A stretch of DNA of 32,927 bases from Christensenellaceae bacterium (GTDB taxonomy: Bacteria; Bacillota; Clostridia; Christensenellales; Borkfalkiaceae). A model generated the notes under the pieces. That model had not been told where the DNA came from. It did not search any database and saw only the letters and a list, made by a program, of their open reading frames with translations. The stretch covers positions 1-32,927 of the forward strand of contig JAZRMS010000049.1 of assembly GCA_045647825.1 (NCBI GenBank). The letters are read 5' to 3'. Below, piece after piece: positions 1 to 9,122 of the stretch. Within the stretch, counting starts at the first letter, position 1; each line of letters begins with the position of its first letter. A program made the position numbers and the translations under genes.

Positions 1-141
1 CTATTGTTTCTAAAATTCGACAAATTACGTCAGTTATCGTCCATTTTTTTACAGGAAGTTTGCTTCTCACAACATTAAAAGTATAAGAAAGCTTTAAATT
101 TTCTCTGCTCTGCTCTGAAGTAAAGGGGGCTGTATAAGTCC
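1..141. repeat. Terminal direct repeat copy 1 (circular-assembly overlap)
   Basis: Positions 1..141 (ctattgtttctaaaattcgac...gggggctgtataagtcc) are identical to 32787..32927. They lie inside a continuous minus-strand ORF. Confidence 0.95.
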
Positions 142-931
142 AGTTGTAATTATAGGTTATTGTGTAAACCCCTATAGGCAAACTTGCCATATTGTTTGTT
201 GTAGCAAAACTTTCCCCACTAGCATTTTTTAAGCTTAAAATCTCTTCTGTATAATTTCCTGTTGACCCGTCAGGAAAACTTATACCGCCAGGCAAATTTT
301 CGTTTGTTTTAAGAGCGCTAGGCGAAATAAATGTAACGTTTTCTCCGACAACGTCAACAGGAAACACGCTACTTACAAAATAGCCTGTATTTACATTTGG
401 AATAGACCCCGCATCTGCATATTGAGTTTCAAAACTGTAATAGCATTGTGCATAACTTTTACCTGCTTCGCTTCGTTTACCTAAAGGGTTTGTAAACGTT
501 AAAGAGTCGCCTATAAACCCTTCTAAAAATTTAGTAAATTCTATCAAATATAAAACGTGATTATATTTGCCTGAGCCTATAGGTCTTTCGGTTGCTTTAT
601 CATTTGCTACAAGCATTAAAATTTCTTTTTTAACTATTGCTTTATTGTTTTCAAAATCTGCTATATAGTCGCTTTGTTCAAAGTCACTATTTGCAAATAA
701 AGCATTATAATCGTTTGAGCTAATCTTGTTGTTTGTTTCGTTTATAATCGTTACCTTAACCTTTGTTAAAGGCTCAAATATAGACTGTGAAACAAATTGT
801 AGTTGTAGTTCTGCCTCGTCAAGTTGTTCGTCAAGCAATTCGCTAACTTTGAAAGGCATTGCAACGTTTGAGGAATAGTCTTGACATTTGTCTAACTCTT
901 CGTTATAGATTTCTATTTTTACTCTATTCAT
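1..931 (-). CDS. N-terminal part of a large tail/virion protein that continues across the circular junction into 30523..32786 (about 1064 aa in total)
   Basis: I checked every codon of the minus frame from 931 down to 1 and found no stop. The frame is the same as the track ORF 30523..32856, whose listed GTG 'start' at 32856 (= position 70) is an internal Val. ATG at 931 overlaps the upstream stop as ATGA. The alternative ATG at 859 has no Shine-Dalgarno sequence. The ORF is missing from the track because it runs off the window edge. Confidence 0.8.
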   Translation of the reverse strand, partial: MNRVKIEIYNEELDKCQDYSSNVAMPFKVSELLDEQLDEAELQLQFVSQSIFEPLTKVKVTIINETNNKISSNDYNALFANSDFEQSDYIADFENNKAIVKKEILMLVANDKATERPIGSGKYNHVLYLIEFTKFLEGFIGDSLTFTNPLGKRSEAGKSYAQCYYSFETQYADAGSIPNVNTGYFVSSVFPVDVVGENVTFISPSALKTNENLPGGISFPDGSTGNYTEEILSLKNASGESFATTNNMASLPIGVYTITYNYNWTYTAPFTSEQSRENLKLSYTFNVVRSKLPVKKWTITDVICRILETI

Positions 932-1401
932 TGCCCTCGACTTCCCCCTGTTCCTGCTCTTACAATATTCATTCTTATACTTTCATCTTCTATAGACTGT
1001 TGAAGTCTAAGCAAACTATAATTATTATAGTAGTTAATGGCGGTATGAGCTGCACCTGTTACAAGACCAATTAAAGCACCTGGCAAACCACCTGTAGCCG
1101 CACCAATTGCTACTTTCTCGCCTATAGAATAAGCTTTAGTTAATAAGCCATAATAAAAATTCGCTTGGTCTTGCTGTCTATTTGAGCCAGACCTTAAGCC
1201 TACTTTTTGAACTTCGTTTGATATAACTTGCGATACAAAAGGTTTTACTTGCCTATAAGCCACAAAAAGCCCTATATCGTTCATACTTATTTTTCTGTTA
1301 GAAGAAGATGCTTGAGAAGTGGTAGAAGCCGTTTCTTGACCTGCTACAGGGTTAAAACTCTCACTTGTTTTATCTTCTATTACAATTTTATAAACTGCCA
1401 T
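928..1401 (-). CDS. Hypothetical virion-module protein with a Gly/Ala-rich glycine-zipper-like hydrophobic segment
   Basis: 157-aa ORF with RBS gaggttctt-ATG. It contains the segment GAATGGLPGALIGLVTGAAH and is translationally coupled (ATGA) to the large tail gene. Confidence 0.6.
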   Translation of the reverse strand: MAVYKIVIEDKTSESFNPVAGQETASTTSQASSSNRKISMNDIGLFVAYRQVKPFVSQVISNEVQKVGLRSGSNRQQDQANFYYGLLTKAYSIGEKVAIGAATGGLPGALIGLVTGAAHTAINYYNNYSLLRLQQSIEDESIRMNIVRAGTGGSRGQ

Positions 1402-1408
1402 AAGAACC

Positions 1409-2569
1409 TCATAAAAGGGTTAAATTTGGGTATAAAAGGGTATCAATATAGGTAGTGCATAACACTTTACCACCAATAGGCACAAACCCTTCATCTTCAA
1501 TCAAAACGCCGTTAGCATCGTAGGCAACACCAAAGTTCTTATCAGACGGTGAATAAGAAGTATCTGCCGTCGCTTGATAAACAACCCAACCTTGAGTAGA
1601 TATTAACGAATATAGTTTAGGCGCAAGCGTAAAGGTAACTTTCAAGCCTATGTTTTGTAAACCGCTCAACGTGCCTGAAACTTCCGTAATAATTACAAGA
1701 TAATTAGGCAACTCGCTTTCTTGGTAATCATAATATTTAAGGCGTGTTTTCAATACGTGAACCCTGTTTAAGTCTTGGTTATCCAAAGCTTCATCTAAAA
1801 ATGCGATTGTAGTATCGTTGTCTTTTAAAGCTGGTATATCAAAAGTAAACGTTGTTTGCTTGAAAGTAGGCACGCCCACTATTTCGCCGTTGTTATTGCT
1901 AAATAGGTTTTGGTCGGCATTTTTAATATGTGTAAACGTTGCAGACGTGTAAGGTATTTCTTTACCGTCTAAATAAAACTTTCCTTCTTGTGAGTTTAAG
2001 CCATTGGCTATAATGTTAAAATAAAAGTTTACAAAGAACGAATAAGAATAACCTAGTATAGGTGTTTCTGCTCTATTCTCCCCGTTTGCTATCTGCGCAA
2101 GTATCGTGCATACGTAAGGCACTCCTTGTCTATCTTCAATGCTTTCAAGGTTATTTTCACTACCACTAAAAGCAGTATCTAATACCTTACGAATTAAAGA
2201 TAACTTTGTGCTGTTGCCTATAAAGAGTTGAGTTGGTATTTGAGGCTCGTTAGTGTCTAAATCATATTCCGTTTCTTCTCCGTCATAGTTGTCGTCTTCA
2301 AGCCTTACTATAACTTCTAATCGTAAAGGTAAACTAACAAATTCTATTCCGTTAGAGAGAACGTATTTCTCGCTCATTCCAACAACTGCTAAGCCGTTTA
2401 TATATTCCGTATACTCGTTTGTTAATTGCTCTTTTAGGTCTTCTTGTAGCACTCCCGTATCGGTAAATATCTTAAATTGTATATTGCCTAATAAAGGCTC
2501 GTTTAAGCTAGTTAAAGCCCCGTTTAGCTTATTTTCTATGCGTTGCGTTAATTCTTTAATCTCTACCAT
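1409..2569 (-). CDS. Structural protein (386 aa) in the position of a tail-tube or tail-adaptor protein; family not recognised
   Basis: Internal ATG 2569 is preceded by gagagga and lies 1 nt after the upstream stop (TAG 2571..2573). The track start at 2611 would overlap the upstream gene by 41 nt. Confidence 0.6.
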   Translation of the reverse strand: MVEIKELTQRIENKLNGALTSLNEPLLGNIQFKIFTDTGVLQEDLKEQLTNEYTEYINGLAVVGMSEKYVLSNGIEFVSLPLRLEVIVRLEDDNYDGEETEYDLDTNEPQIPTQLFIGNSTKLSLIRKVLDTAFSGSENNLESIEDRQGVPYVCTILAQIANGENRAETPILGYSYSFFVNFYFNIIANGLNSQEGKFYLDGKEIPYTSATFTHIKNADQNLFSNNNGEIVGVPTFKQTTFTFDIPALKDNDTTIAFLDEALDNQDLNRVHVLKTRLKYYDYQESELPNYLVIITEVSGTLSGLQNIGLKVTFTLAPKLYSLISTQGWVVYQATADTSYSPSDKNFGVAYDANGVLIEDEGFVPIGGKVLCTTYIDTLLYPNLTLL

Positions 2570-2570
2570 T

Positions 2571-2873
2571 CTATCCTCTCTTTTTAAAGCTACCGTGTAA
2601 AGTTTCTGCAAGGCTCTCTACTATGTGTTCGGTAGCGTTATCAAACCACTTTTCGTTTGGGTTCTTCTTTCCGTTCCACTTTGGCGATATCCACGGTTCG
2701 TTTGTGTAAACCATATAAGGTGCAATTCTTTGGTCAATAAGTATTTCACAAGTTTTACCATTGAACCTATACCTTATAGCGTTATATCTTAGGTTGCCTG
2801 TATCAATAGGTGCTTTCTCTTTTAATAGCTCTACAGCTTTCAAACATATTTTTTGAAATTTATCGTTTGTCAA
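2571..2873 (-). CDS. HK97 gp10-like head-tail attachment/tail-completion protein
   Basis: 100 aa. The motifs PIDTGNLRYNAI ... APYMVYTNE match the T-G-x-L-R plus Y-x-x-x-x-E pattern of the HK97 gp10 family. The position after the head-tail joining genes also fits. Confidence 0.6.
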   Translation of the reverse strand: MTNDKFQKICLKAVELLKEKAPIDTGNLRYNAIRYRFNGKTCEILIDQRIAPYMVYTNEPWISPKWNGKKNPNEKWFDNATEHIVESLAETLHGSFKKRG

Positions 2874-3251
2874 TTATCTCAACTCCCACGGGTTTTCAAC
2901 TTTAATAAGCCTTAAAGTAGTTTCTTTCTTCAAGTTCTTAAATAGCCTGTTTGACTCTTTAAAATCTTCAATAGGTCTTGTTGCTATACTTTCTATTTGC
3001 CAAAATTCGCCTTCTTGTGTGGCTACGTAGCCTTTAACTTTAAATCTTAAAGTATCTACCGTCTTAATAGTTAAACGCTCTGAGTCGGCTTCTAGGGCGT
3101 TTAAAACGTTAGCCTTGTCTTTTGTGTGATTGTCAACTAAATCGTAGGTAAACTCTTGAGCTACGTCACTTGTAGTCTTTGGTCTTCTTGAATAATAACT
3201 GCCTGTGTAAACGTTATCGTTTTTAGCAGTTAGAAAATCGAAAATATCCAT
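2874..3251 (-). CDS. Putative head-tail joining/head-closure protein
   Basis: 125 aa, second gene after the major capsid gene. The call rests on size, synteny and tight coupling to its neighbours. Confidence 0.45.
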   Translation of the reverse strand: MDIFDFLTAKNDNVYTGSYYSRRPKTTSDVAQEFTYDLVDNHTKDKANVLNALEADSERLTIKTVDTLRFKVKGYVATQEGEFWQIESIATRPIEDFKESNRLFKNLKKETTLRLIKVENPWELR

Positions 3252-3252
3252 A

Positions 3253-3702
3253 TTACCACTCCGTTTTATCTTCGCTATAATAGTTTAGATAGCCGTTATA
3301 GAGAATGCTTGAGCCTATCTCAGGTATAAACTTTGACAACTCTTCTTCTGCCGTTGCATCAATAACTAAATCTCTTTTTGCTCTATCTGTAGTCATTGAC
3401 AAGTCACCTACCATTTTCATATAGATAAACTGGTTAGACATAGCATTAAATATAATATCTCTAGCACTTTTAGTTTTGGCTATGATATAATCTTGCATTC
3501 TAGTATTGATATTGTGCTTATGAATATAACCGTAAATAAGAGTGCTTACACGTTTTAATATCCAATCGCTAAAAACCTTATTGCCTTTTACTTGCTTGTC
3601 AAGGTCAATTCCTAACTGTTCTAACACATATTTTTTAGTTAATACGTATTGATGCGAGTTAATATCATAACGCATATATTGGTCGCTATATGGATAATTC
3701 AT
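3253..3702 (-). CDS. Putative head-tail connector protein
   Basis: 149 aa, first gene downstream of the capsid gene and its terminator hairpin. RBS aaaggagattaaaaaaATG. Confidence 0.45.
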   Translation of the reverse strand: MNYPYSDQYMRYDINSHQYVLTKKYVLEQLGIDLDKQVKGNKVFSDWILKRVSTLIYGYIHKHNINTRMQDYIIAKTKSARDIIFNAMSNQFIYMKMVGDLSMTTDRAKRDLVIDATAEEELSKFIPEIGSSILYNGYLNYYSEDKTEW

Positions 3703-3734
3703 TTTTTTAATCTCCTTTAAAAAAGATAATGGAA

Positions 3735-3762
3735 AGGGGCTTTTGTAAAGCCAAAAACCCCT
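3735..3762 (-). terminator. Hairpin after the major capsid gene (partial or attenuating terminator)
   Basis: Minus-strand RNA AGGGGUUUUUG-GCUUUA-CAAAAGCCCCU forms an 11-bp stem followed by a U-rich stretch (uuccauuaucuuuuuu). Confidence 0.6.
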
Positions 3763-3777
3763 AAGAAAAACAATTTA

Positions 3778-4815
3778 TTAACCGCCAACAGTTACGCTAC
3801 CAGGAGCAGTAATTGTAATAGCAGTAGGAACGGTAGAACCGTTAGCAAGGATAGGAACGATACCCTTTGGATAGCATACGTTTACGCCCCAACGAGTTTT
3901 TGGTTGTAATCTCTTGCCTGCGCCGTCTGGTGAGTCAATAATCTTAACGTAGTCTTGAGTAGAGATACCTCTATCAGTTGCAATAGCAGAAACTACTAAT
4001 GCTTGAACTTTATCTACGTAAGCCGAGCCACCTGCCCACGTTTTAGCTCTGTTCCAAATTGGAGCAGGAACGATATAGCAAGGAGTGAGGTCAATTTCAC
4101 CGCAATACATATTGCCCCAGTCTTTTCTATCTTCTGGGCTAACGCCACCCTTAGCAATCATAGATTGAGCGTAGTTTGAACCACCAACCAATACGCCACT
4201 TGCAGACATTAAGCCCTTTCTAAAGGTAGGTCTAACAAGAATTTCTCTTTCAGCAAATGGGAATGCTTGAATACCGTTTGCTTCGTCACCGTCGTCAAGG
4301 ATAGCTGATGCGTCCATAATTGCGCCGTAGTAGTCAGGTGTAGCACCTAAAACAACTGCGTTACCAGTAAAAGCATCTTCAGCAATTGCAGTAGCTGCGT
4401 GAGCTTTAAGTTGGATAGCAAGTGTAGATGCGTTAATTTCTGTAGCAACTCTACCACCTACGTTTTTCATAGCTTGGTCGAAAATGCTTACAGGTGTCAT
4501 ATCCTGTTGAACTTCTGGAAGGTCTACCATTCTATCGTAGATATAGAGTAAGTTAAGGTCATACTCTGGAACGGTAGGAATAGTAGCACCGTCTGCATTG
4601 AAGAAGCCACCGTTAGTGCCTGCGCCTAATTCTCTAGCGTCACCAGTGAAAGGTGCAACCTTGAGCATTCTTACAGTTGAAACGTTTGTTTCTTCTACTT
4701 GGTTAAGACCGTAGCCGTTCTTGTGAACTAAATCGAGAAAGATATTCTCTTTTACTTTCTTAGCCGCTAACACTTGGGTAGCGGTTTGGTTTACGTTATA
4801 AACTAAAGTTGACAT
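3778..4815 (-). CDS. Major capsid protein
   Basis: 345 aa, immediately after the acidic scaffold gene, with RBS aaggagaaataattATG and a downstream hairpin. Size, composition and synteny are typical of a major capsid protein. Confidence 0.75.
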   Translation of the reverse strand: MSTLVYNVNQTATQVLAAKKVKENIFLDLVHKNGYGLNQVEETNVSTVRMLKVAPFTGDARELGAGTNGGFFNADGATIPTVPEYDLNLLYIYDRMVDLPEVQQDMTPVSIFDQAMKNVGGRVATEINASTLAIQLKAHAATAIAEDAFTGNAVVLGATPDYYGAIMDASAILDDGDEANGIQAFPFAEREILVRPTFRKGLMSASGVLVGGSNYAQSMIAKGGVSPEDRKDWGNMYCGEIDLTPCYIVPAPIWNRAKTWAGGSAYVDKVQALVVSAIATDRGISTQDYVKIIDSPDGAGKRLQPKTRWGVNVCYPKGIVPILANGSTVPTAITITAPGSVTVGG

Positions 4816-4834
4816 AATTATTTCTCCTTATAAA

Positions 4835-5395
4835 TTAAATTTCAGTTCTTAAAGACTTAGCGAGTTCGTCAGAGTCCATATCCATATAATTTTTCTTTGA
4901 GCCTGGAATTGCGCCCTCGTAGCCAAATTTCTTTGCTTGCTTTGTTGTATAGTCTTGCATAAGCTCTACAAGTGGTTGTATTTCACTTCTAAACTTTTCA
5001 AGTTCTGCAACTCTACTAGCAATCTTGTCGTAAGTTTCTTTTTCTTCTTTTTCGTGTTCGATGCCTTTTGCGTCTTCGGTTGGCTCTACAACGTCAACAG
5101 GTTCAACAGGTGCATCTTCCTTCTTCTCGTCGGTTTCAACTTCTGCCTCTACTTCGTCAACGTCTTTAGCAATCTCTTCTGACTCTTCTGCAACGTCTTC
5201 TTTCTTGTCGTCCTCTAATTCTACAGGCTCAGCCTTGTCTTCTTCGATTTTATCGATTTCTCTTTCGTCTTCAGCCTTGTAGAGGTCGTCCATTTTTGCT
5301 TTAACCTTTGCTTTTTCTTCTTCGGTCAAGTTGTCTAAACCTGTAAGAATATCGTCAAGGGTCAATTTCTTTTCTTCTTTTTTGAAAAGTGCCAT
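4835..5395 (-). CDS. Capsid scaffolding protein
   Basis: 186 aa, extremely acidic and Lys-rich, with predicted coiled coil (EEKAKVKAKMDDLYKAEDEREIDKIEEDK...). It sits directly upstream of the capsid gene. Confidence 0.7.
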   Translation of the reverse strand: MALFKKEEKKLTLDDILTGLDNLTEEEKAKVKAKMDDLYKAEDEREIDKIEEDKAEPVELEDDKKEDVAEESEEIAKDVDEVEAEVETDEKKEDAPVEPVDVVEPTEDAKGIEHEKEEKETYDKIASRVAELEKFRSEIQPLVELMQDYTTKQAKKFGYEGAIPGSKKNYMDMDSDELAKSLRTEI

Positions 5396-5655
5396 TTTGT
5401 TTGTTTCTCCTTATTTTAAATTTATCGATATATCGCTCCCTAAAACGGCTTTAAATCGTATTATGAAAAGATACTTGAGCTTTGCCCTTTTTCCTTTCCT
5501 ACGCCTTTTTAAAGCGTTTCCGCTTGCCCCTGCGCGGGAATTGTCGGGGTATAAAAAAAGACCTATCAAACGTTGCCTTGTGGTCGTTTTAATAAGTCTT
5601 TAAGTATTAAATTAAAATTTTTAGCATAAACACCTTATTGGGTTCAAAAGTGTTT

Positions 5656-6159
5656 TTATTTATATATTTTTTCAAAGTCTCTTTTACCTACTAATATCTC
5701 ATATTGTTTTATATCGTTATTGTATTGAACAGGGTCAAGAACTTTCATAAATGCTAAATGGTCGCCTAAATCTTTAGCCCACAATACTGAGTCTGACCTG
5801 CCTCCTACACCAAAGAAGTTGTTAAGGTCGGATAACATTCTGCCATACATAGATTTTTTCATTTCTCTACCCCACCCTTTTTCCTTAATATAAGCATCAG
5901 CTTCATCAATTCTTTTTTGAGGTAAATCTTTTAAAGTAAAAGCTTTCGAGCTAGTTTTTTTCTCGTCTAAGTCGATTATAGCATCTTTCTTTAATTCTTC
6001 AATACTTTTCTTTTCTAGCTCTTTTACGTTATCTTTGTGCTTTGAAATGAAAGACTTGACAGCTTCGCCTTTGGTTTGTCCTTCTTTAACGGGGATTGGT
6101 TGTCCCTTGCTTTCTTTTCCGTTTGGGTGAACGGTTATCCATTGGTTTATTTCACTCAT
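5656..6159 (-). CDS. Hypothetical head-module protein
   Basis: 167 aa with RBS aggagataacaaaaATG. It follows the MuF-like gene. The N-terminus reads WITVHPNGKESKGQPIPV. Confidence 0.6.
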   Translation of the reverse strand: MSEINQWITVHPNGKESKGQPIPVKEGQTKGEAVKSFISKHKDNVKELEKKSIEELKKDAIIDLDEKKTSSKAFTLKDLPQKRIDEADAYIKEKGWGREMKKSMYGRMLSDLNNFFGVGGRSDSVLWAKDLGDHLAFMKVLDPVQYNNDIKQYEILVGKRDFEKIYK

Positions 6160-6171
6160 TTTTGTTATCTC

Positions 6172-7209
6172 CTAAATCTTAGTTCGCATTGGGTAAAATG
6201 CCCTTTCGTGTTCTCTGCTAAATGCTCTATATTTTGCATCTAACCTTTCGGCTTGAGCTTTCGCTTCTTCGTAGGCTTTTTTATTTATGCCTTTAAGCAT
6301 CTTAGCTTCTACACGTTTCTTTCTAACTGCTCTTTCGAGTTCTCTTTGCTTTTTAGTTATGCTATACTCTATCGCCCTTTTAACTGCGCTTACAGTAGGT
6401 TCTAGCTCGCCTTTATACTCGGTTAAATAGTGTCTGCAATTAAAACCTAAAAGACCGTTTTTGTATTGTCTTCCTGCCTTTGTCGTATACCAAACGTCCG
6501 TAGCAACTTCTAAAGGGATATACTTCTTTCCGTCTATAGTTCCATAAGTCCCGTCTAGGCTATAAAGCCTTTGTTTCTGCCACGGATAGCAACGCTCTGA
6601 GCAGTCTTCGTGTGCAGAGCATTGCACTATCTTTACGTTTTGCTTTTTAAGGCTGTCTATATTCTCTTGGTGGTCTTTATAACGAACTTCCATTTCGGCT
6701 AAGCTTCTTAAAGAATTTCGCCCCGTAAAGTCGTTAGGGTCTAAGGCTACCGTTTCGGTAAGTCTATCTAGCATAGGTTTAACGTTGTCATACCATACGT
6801 CACGATAAAACTTTTGTAAAGGCACGCCCTTATTATCCGTAGGATAACTGCTAATGCCCCTTAGTTCCCTTTCAACGGCATTTTTAGGCTTAGTTGAGTA
6901 TTTGTCTATCTCAAAGTCTTTACTAGCTTGTAGCCCTAAAAAAAGCACCGTGAGTGGCGATAGGTTTATCGACTGCCAAATGTTTTTTTGAACGTTGGCA
7001 AAACGTATCAAAGAATTGTAAGCATCTTGCTTAAGTCTTGGTATGTTAATAGACTTTATAGCTTTATCAATAAGTTGATATAACTTTACTTGCGTTAAAT
7101 AAAAAGGCTCATAAGTAAGGTATGCTCTTTTAACAAGTTCTCTTATATCTTCTTGAGCTTCTTCTAGCAGTAACGTGTAATTATTGAGCTTGCTCGTTGC
7201 CGTCTTCAA
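6172..7209 (-). CDS. Head morphogenesis protein (Mu F / SPP1 gp7-like)
   Basis: 345 aa directly after the portal gene. The stretch AGRQYKNGLLGFNCRHYL resembles the conserved N-C-R-C/H region of the MuF family. Confidence 0.65.
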   Translation of the reverse strand: MKTATSKLNNYTLLLEEAQEDIRELVKRAYLTYEPFYLTQVKLYQLIDKAIKSINIPRLKQDAYNSLIRFANVQKNIWQSINLSPLTVLFLGLQASKDFEIDKYSTKPKNAVERELRGISSYPTDNKGVPLQKFYRDVWYDNVKPMLDRLTETVALDPNDFTGRNSLRSLAEMEVRYKDHQENIDSLKKQNVKIVQCSAHEDCSERCYPWQKQRLYSLDGTYGTIDGKKYIPLEVATDVWYTTKAGRQYKNGLLGFNCRHYLTEYKGELEPTVSAVKRAIEYSITKKQRELERAVRKKRVEAKMLKGINKKAYEEAKAQAERLDAKYRAFSREHERAFYPMRTKI

Positions 7210-8833
7210 CTATACCACCACCGTCTCCAAAATAGTCTTGCTCGTTAAAAGGCATATTGCCAAATTGAGAGTTCTTTTCAGCTTCTTCAACCATTGCAAA
7301 GTCTTCTGCGTTTTGCTCTTCGTCGTCGTCATAGTTGAACGCATCGTGTGCTTTCTTAGGTGAAATAAGTCCGCTTTGTTTAGCTCTAGAAAGAATATCT
7401 ACAAGCACTGTTTGGTTTGTCATACCTGCTCTAGACCAACGAATTTCTACGTCGTCAATATATCCGTAATAACGTAAAACGTCCTTTAGAAGGTCGTTTA
7501 AAGGCTCTTCAAAACGTCTTCTGTTGTTCTCTATGAACAAGGTAGTAGCACTCTCTTCTGCGCTAACTTCTCTTGCCGTTCTCATTGCGCCGTCTTGTAA
7601 ATAGCTTGCAAGTGTCGATGCACTAATTCCAATGTTAGAAGCTATATTCTCAAGTAAGATATTTCTAGCTTCTTTCCAATCACTTGACCTTAAAGCAAAT
7701 TGTATAGGCTCAGGCTTTTGCGCATCAGGGTTTGGGCTTTCCCATTTTGTATAAGCAAAGTCATCAAGTCCTGCGTTGTGAGTGTAGGCAGTAGACTTAT
7801 TTACGCCAGGTCTTTGCATATGCTTAGGTAATAAAATTCTACCCCTTGCCAAATACATTTCAGTATTGAACGACGTATTCCAAAAATCAAACTCATAAAG
7901 GTAGTTTAAAACGTTACTAAGTATAGACTGTCCTAAACCTATTTGAGGCACGTTTGATACGTCTTCGCTACCGTTTAACACGTAAACGCCTAAGTTATCA
8001 AAGCCGTTCATTGCTTTAGGCTCGTTAAGTCTTACAGAGTATTCAGATTTAAACGCTTCTCTTACACTCTTTGGCAACTGCTCCCACTTAATAAACGTAT
8101 CTCTTGCGTTAGTAAAGTATTGTATTTGAGTAGAGCTGTCATACATTTTATACTCTACAACAGGTATCTCTTTACCAAACATACCAATAGGCTCGTATCT
8201 ACGTTCTTCAAGCAAGCAATATTTCTTTCCTTGCTTATTGTCCGTAGTCATATCGTCATAAAACGAGAGTATAGACAAACACTTACGTATCTTGCCACGC
8301 CCCGTCTTTGCTATGTAAAACCTATCAGCTCTAAGCGCATCAACCCAGAGTTCCCCTTCGTGAACGTTAAGCTTTAAAAGCGAAAAGCCACCTGCAAAGG
8401 CATCTTTAATAGCTCTTTTGATTTTACTCTTGAGCTTCGTTTCTTTGCTCCAATTGTTTGATATAAAGTCTAACGCTTTACCAATAGGCTTGCCGTCTTT
8501 ACCCACAATATGTTGAGTAGGCTTGCAAGCATTCGCAAACATTAAATTGCCACCGTAAACACTATCAGCGCATTTATTGACAATAACCGTTCCTATGTTT
8601 GTTGACATTAGACCGCTTGAGCCACCGTGAACCCAAGGCACGTAGCCGTCATACCATTGCAAGCAGAGTTTTACCCAATTCGTATAAAACGAGTAATAAG
8701 GCGTAGGCAACATTGAGTAAAAGTCTTCGTTGTTTACCCATTGCCAACGTTTTTGGTTTTCTGCTACTTGCGCTAAAGGTCTAGGTTGCGCCAAACCTAT
8801 GTTATTCATCTCTTCTGAAAAGTTTGTCGACAT
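7181..8833 (-). CDS. Portal protein
   Basis: 550 aa with RBS aaaggagaagatagATG. It lies downstream of terL and upstream of the MuF-like gene, and has an acidic C-terminus. Confidence 0.75.
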   Translation of the reverse strand: MSTNFSEEMNNIGLAQPRPLAQVAENQKRWQWVNNEDFYSMLPTPYYSFYTNWVKLCLQWYDGYVPWVHGGSSGLMSTNIGTVIVNKCADSVYGGNLMFANACKPTQHIVGKDGKPIGKALDFISNNWSKETKLKSKIKRAIKDAFAGGFSLLKLNVHEGELWVDALRADRFYIAKTGRGKIRKCLSILSFYDDMTTDNKQGKKYCLLEERRYEPIGMFGKEIPVVEYKMYDSSTQIQYFTNARDTFIKWEQLPKSVREAFKSEYSVRLNEPKAMNGFDNLGVYVLNGSEDVSNVPQIGLGQSILSNVLNYLYEFDFWNTSFNTEMYLARGRILLPKHMQRPGVNKSTAYTHNAGLDDFAYTKWESPNPDAQKPEPIQFALRSSDWKEARNILLENIASNIGISASTLASYLQDGAMRTAREVSAEESATTLFIENNRRRFEEPLNDLLKDVLRYYGYIDDVEIRWSRAGMTNQTVLVDILSRAKQSGLISPKKAHDAFNYDDDEEQNAEDFAMVEEAEKNSQFGNMPFNEQDYFGDGGGIVEDGNEQAQ

Positions 8834-9119
8834 CTATCTTCTCCTTTCTGCAAAGTTCGTAAAGCATTGCATTTTGCTGTGTCAATAATGTATTTGCGTT
8901 ATCTAATGCAGACAACAAGCACGCCATATAATTGATAGACAAGCCGTAAAAGTTTCTTTGTATGCGTTTAAAGCGTTTAGCTTCGCTTACAGGGGCTTTC
9001 TGCTCCATTCCGTGAGCTTTTGTTGACTCGTCTGCTTTCTCGTCTTTAAGGCGGTATTCTTCGTCTGTCAAATCTACGTCTTTCTCTAATGCTTTATCTA
9101 TTTGCTCTTTAAGTTCCAT
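8802..9119 (-). CDS. Hypothetical protein between terminase and portal
   Basis: 105-aa ORF, tightly packed against its neighbours. Confidence 0.55.
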   Translation of the reverse strand: MELKEQIDKALEKDVDLTDEEYRLKDEKADESTKAHGMEQKAPVSEAKRFKRIQRNFYGLSINYMACLLSALDNANTLLTQQNAMLYELCRKEKIDVDKLFRRDE

Positions 9120-9122
9120 AAG

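Noticed and set aside
1-141. The terminal repeats as true direct terminal repeats (T7-like) or as boundaries of an integrated element
   Set aside because: A single ORF reads through the repeat into both flanks. There is no host DNA, and the candidate attP is intact beside int. An assembly overlap of a circular or permuted genome explains these observations better.
5440-5560. c-di-GMP-I (GEMM)-like riboswitch, suggested by GGGGCAAGCG-GAAA-CGC and GGGCAAAGCUC
   Set aside because: Only short fragments resemble the GGCAAAC...GNRA...ACGCAAAGCC consensus. The spacing between them is about 30 nt too long, and I could not draw the P1 helix or the tetraloop receptor. The region is kept only as an unclassified structured region.
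5600-5660. tRNA gene, suggested by a GGTTCAAAA T-loop-like string
   Set aside because: The flanking bases cannot form T-arm or acceptor stems. I found no cloverleaf here or anywhere else in the window.
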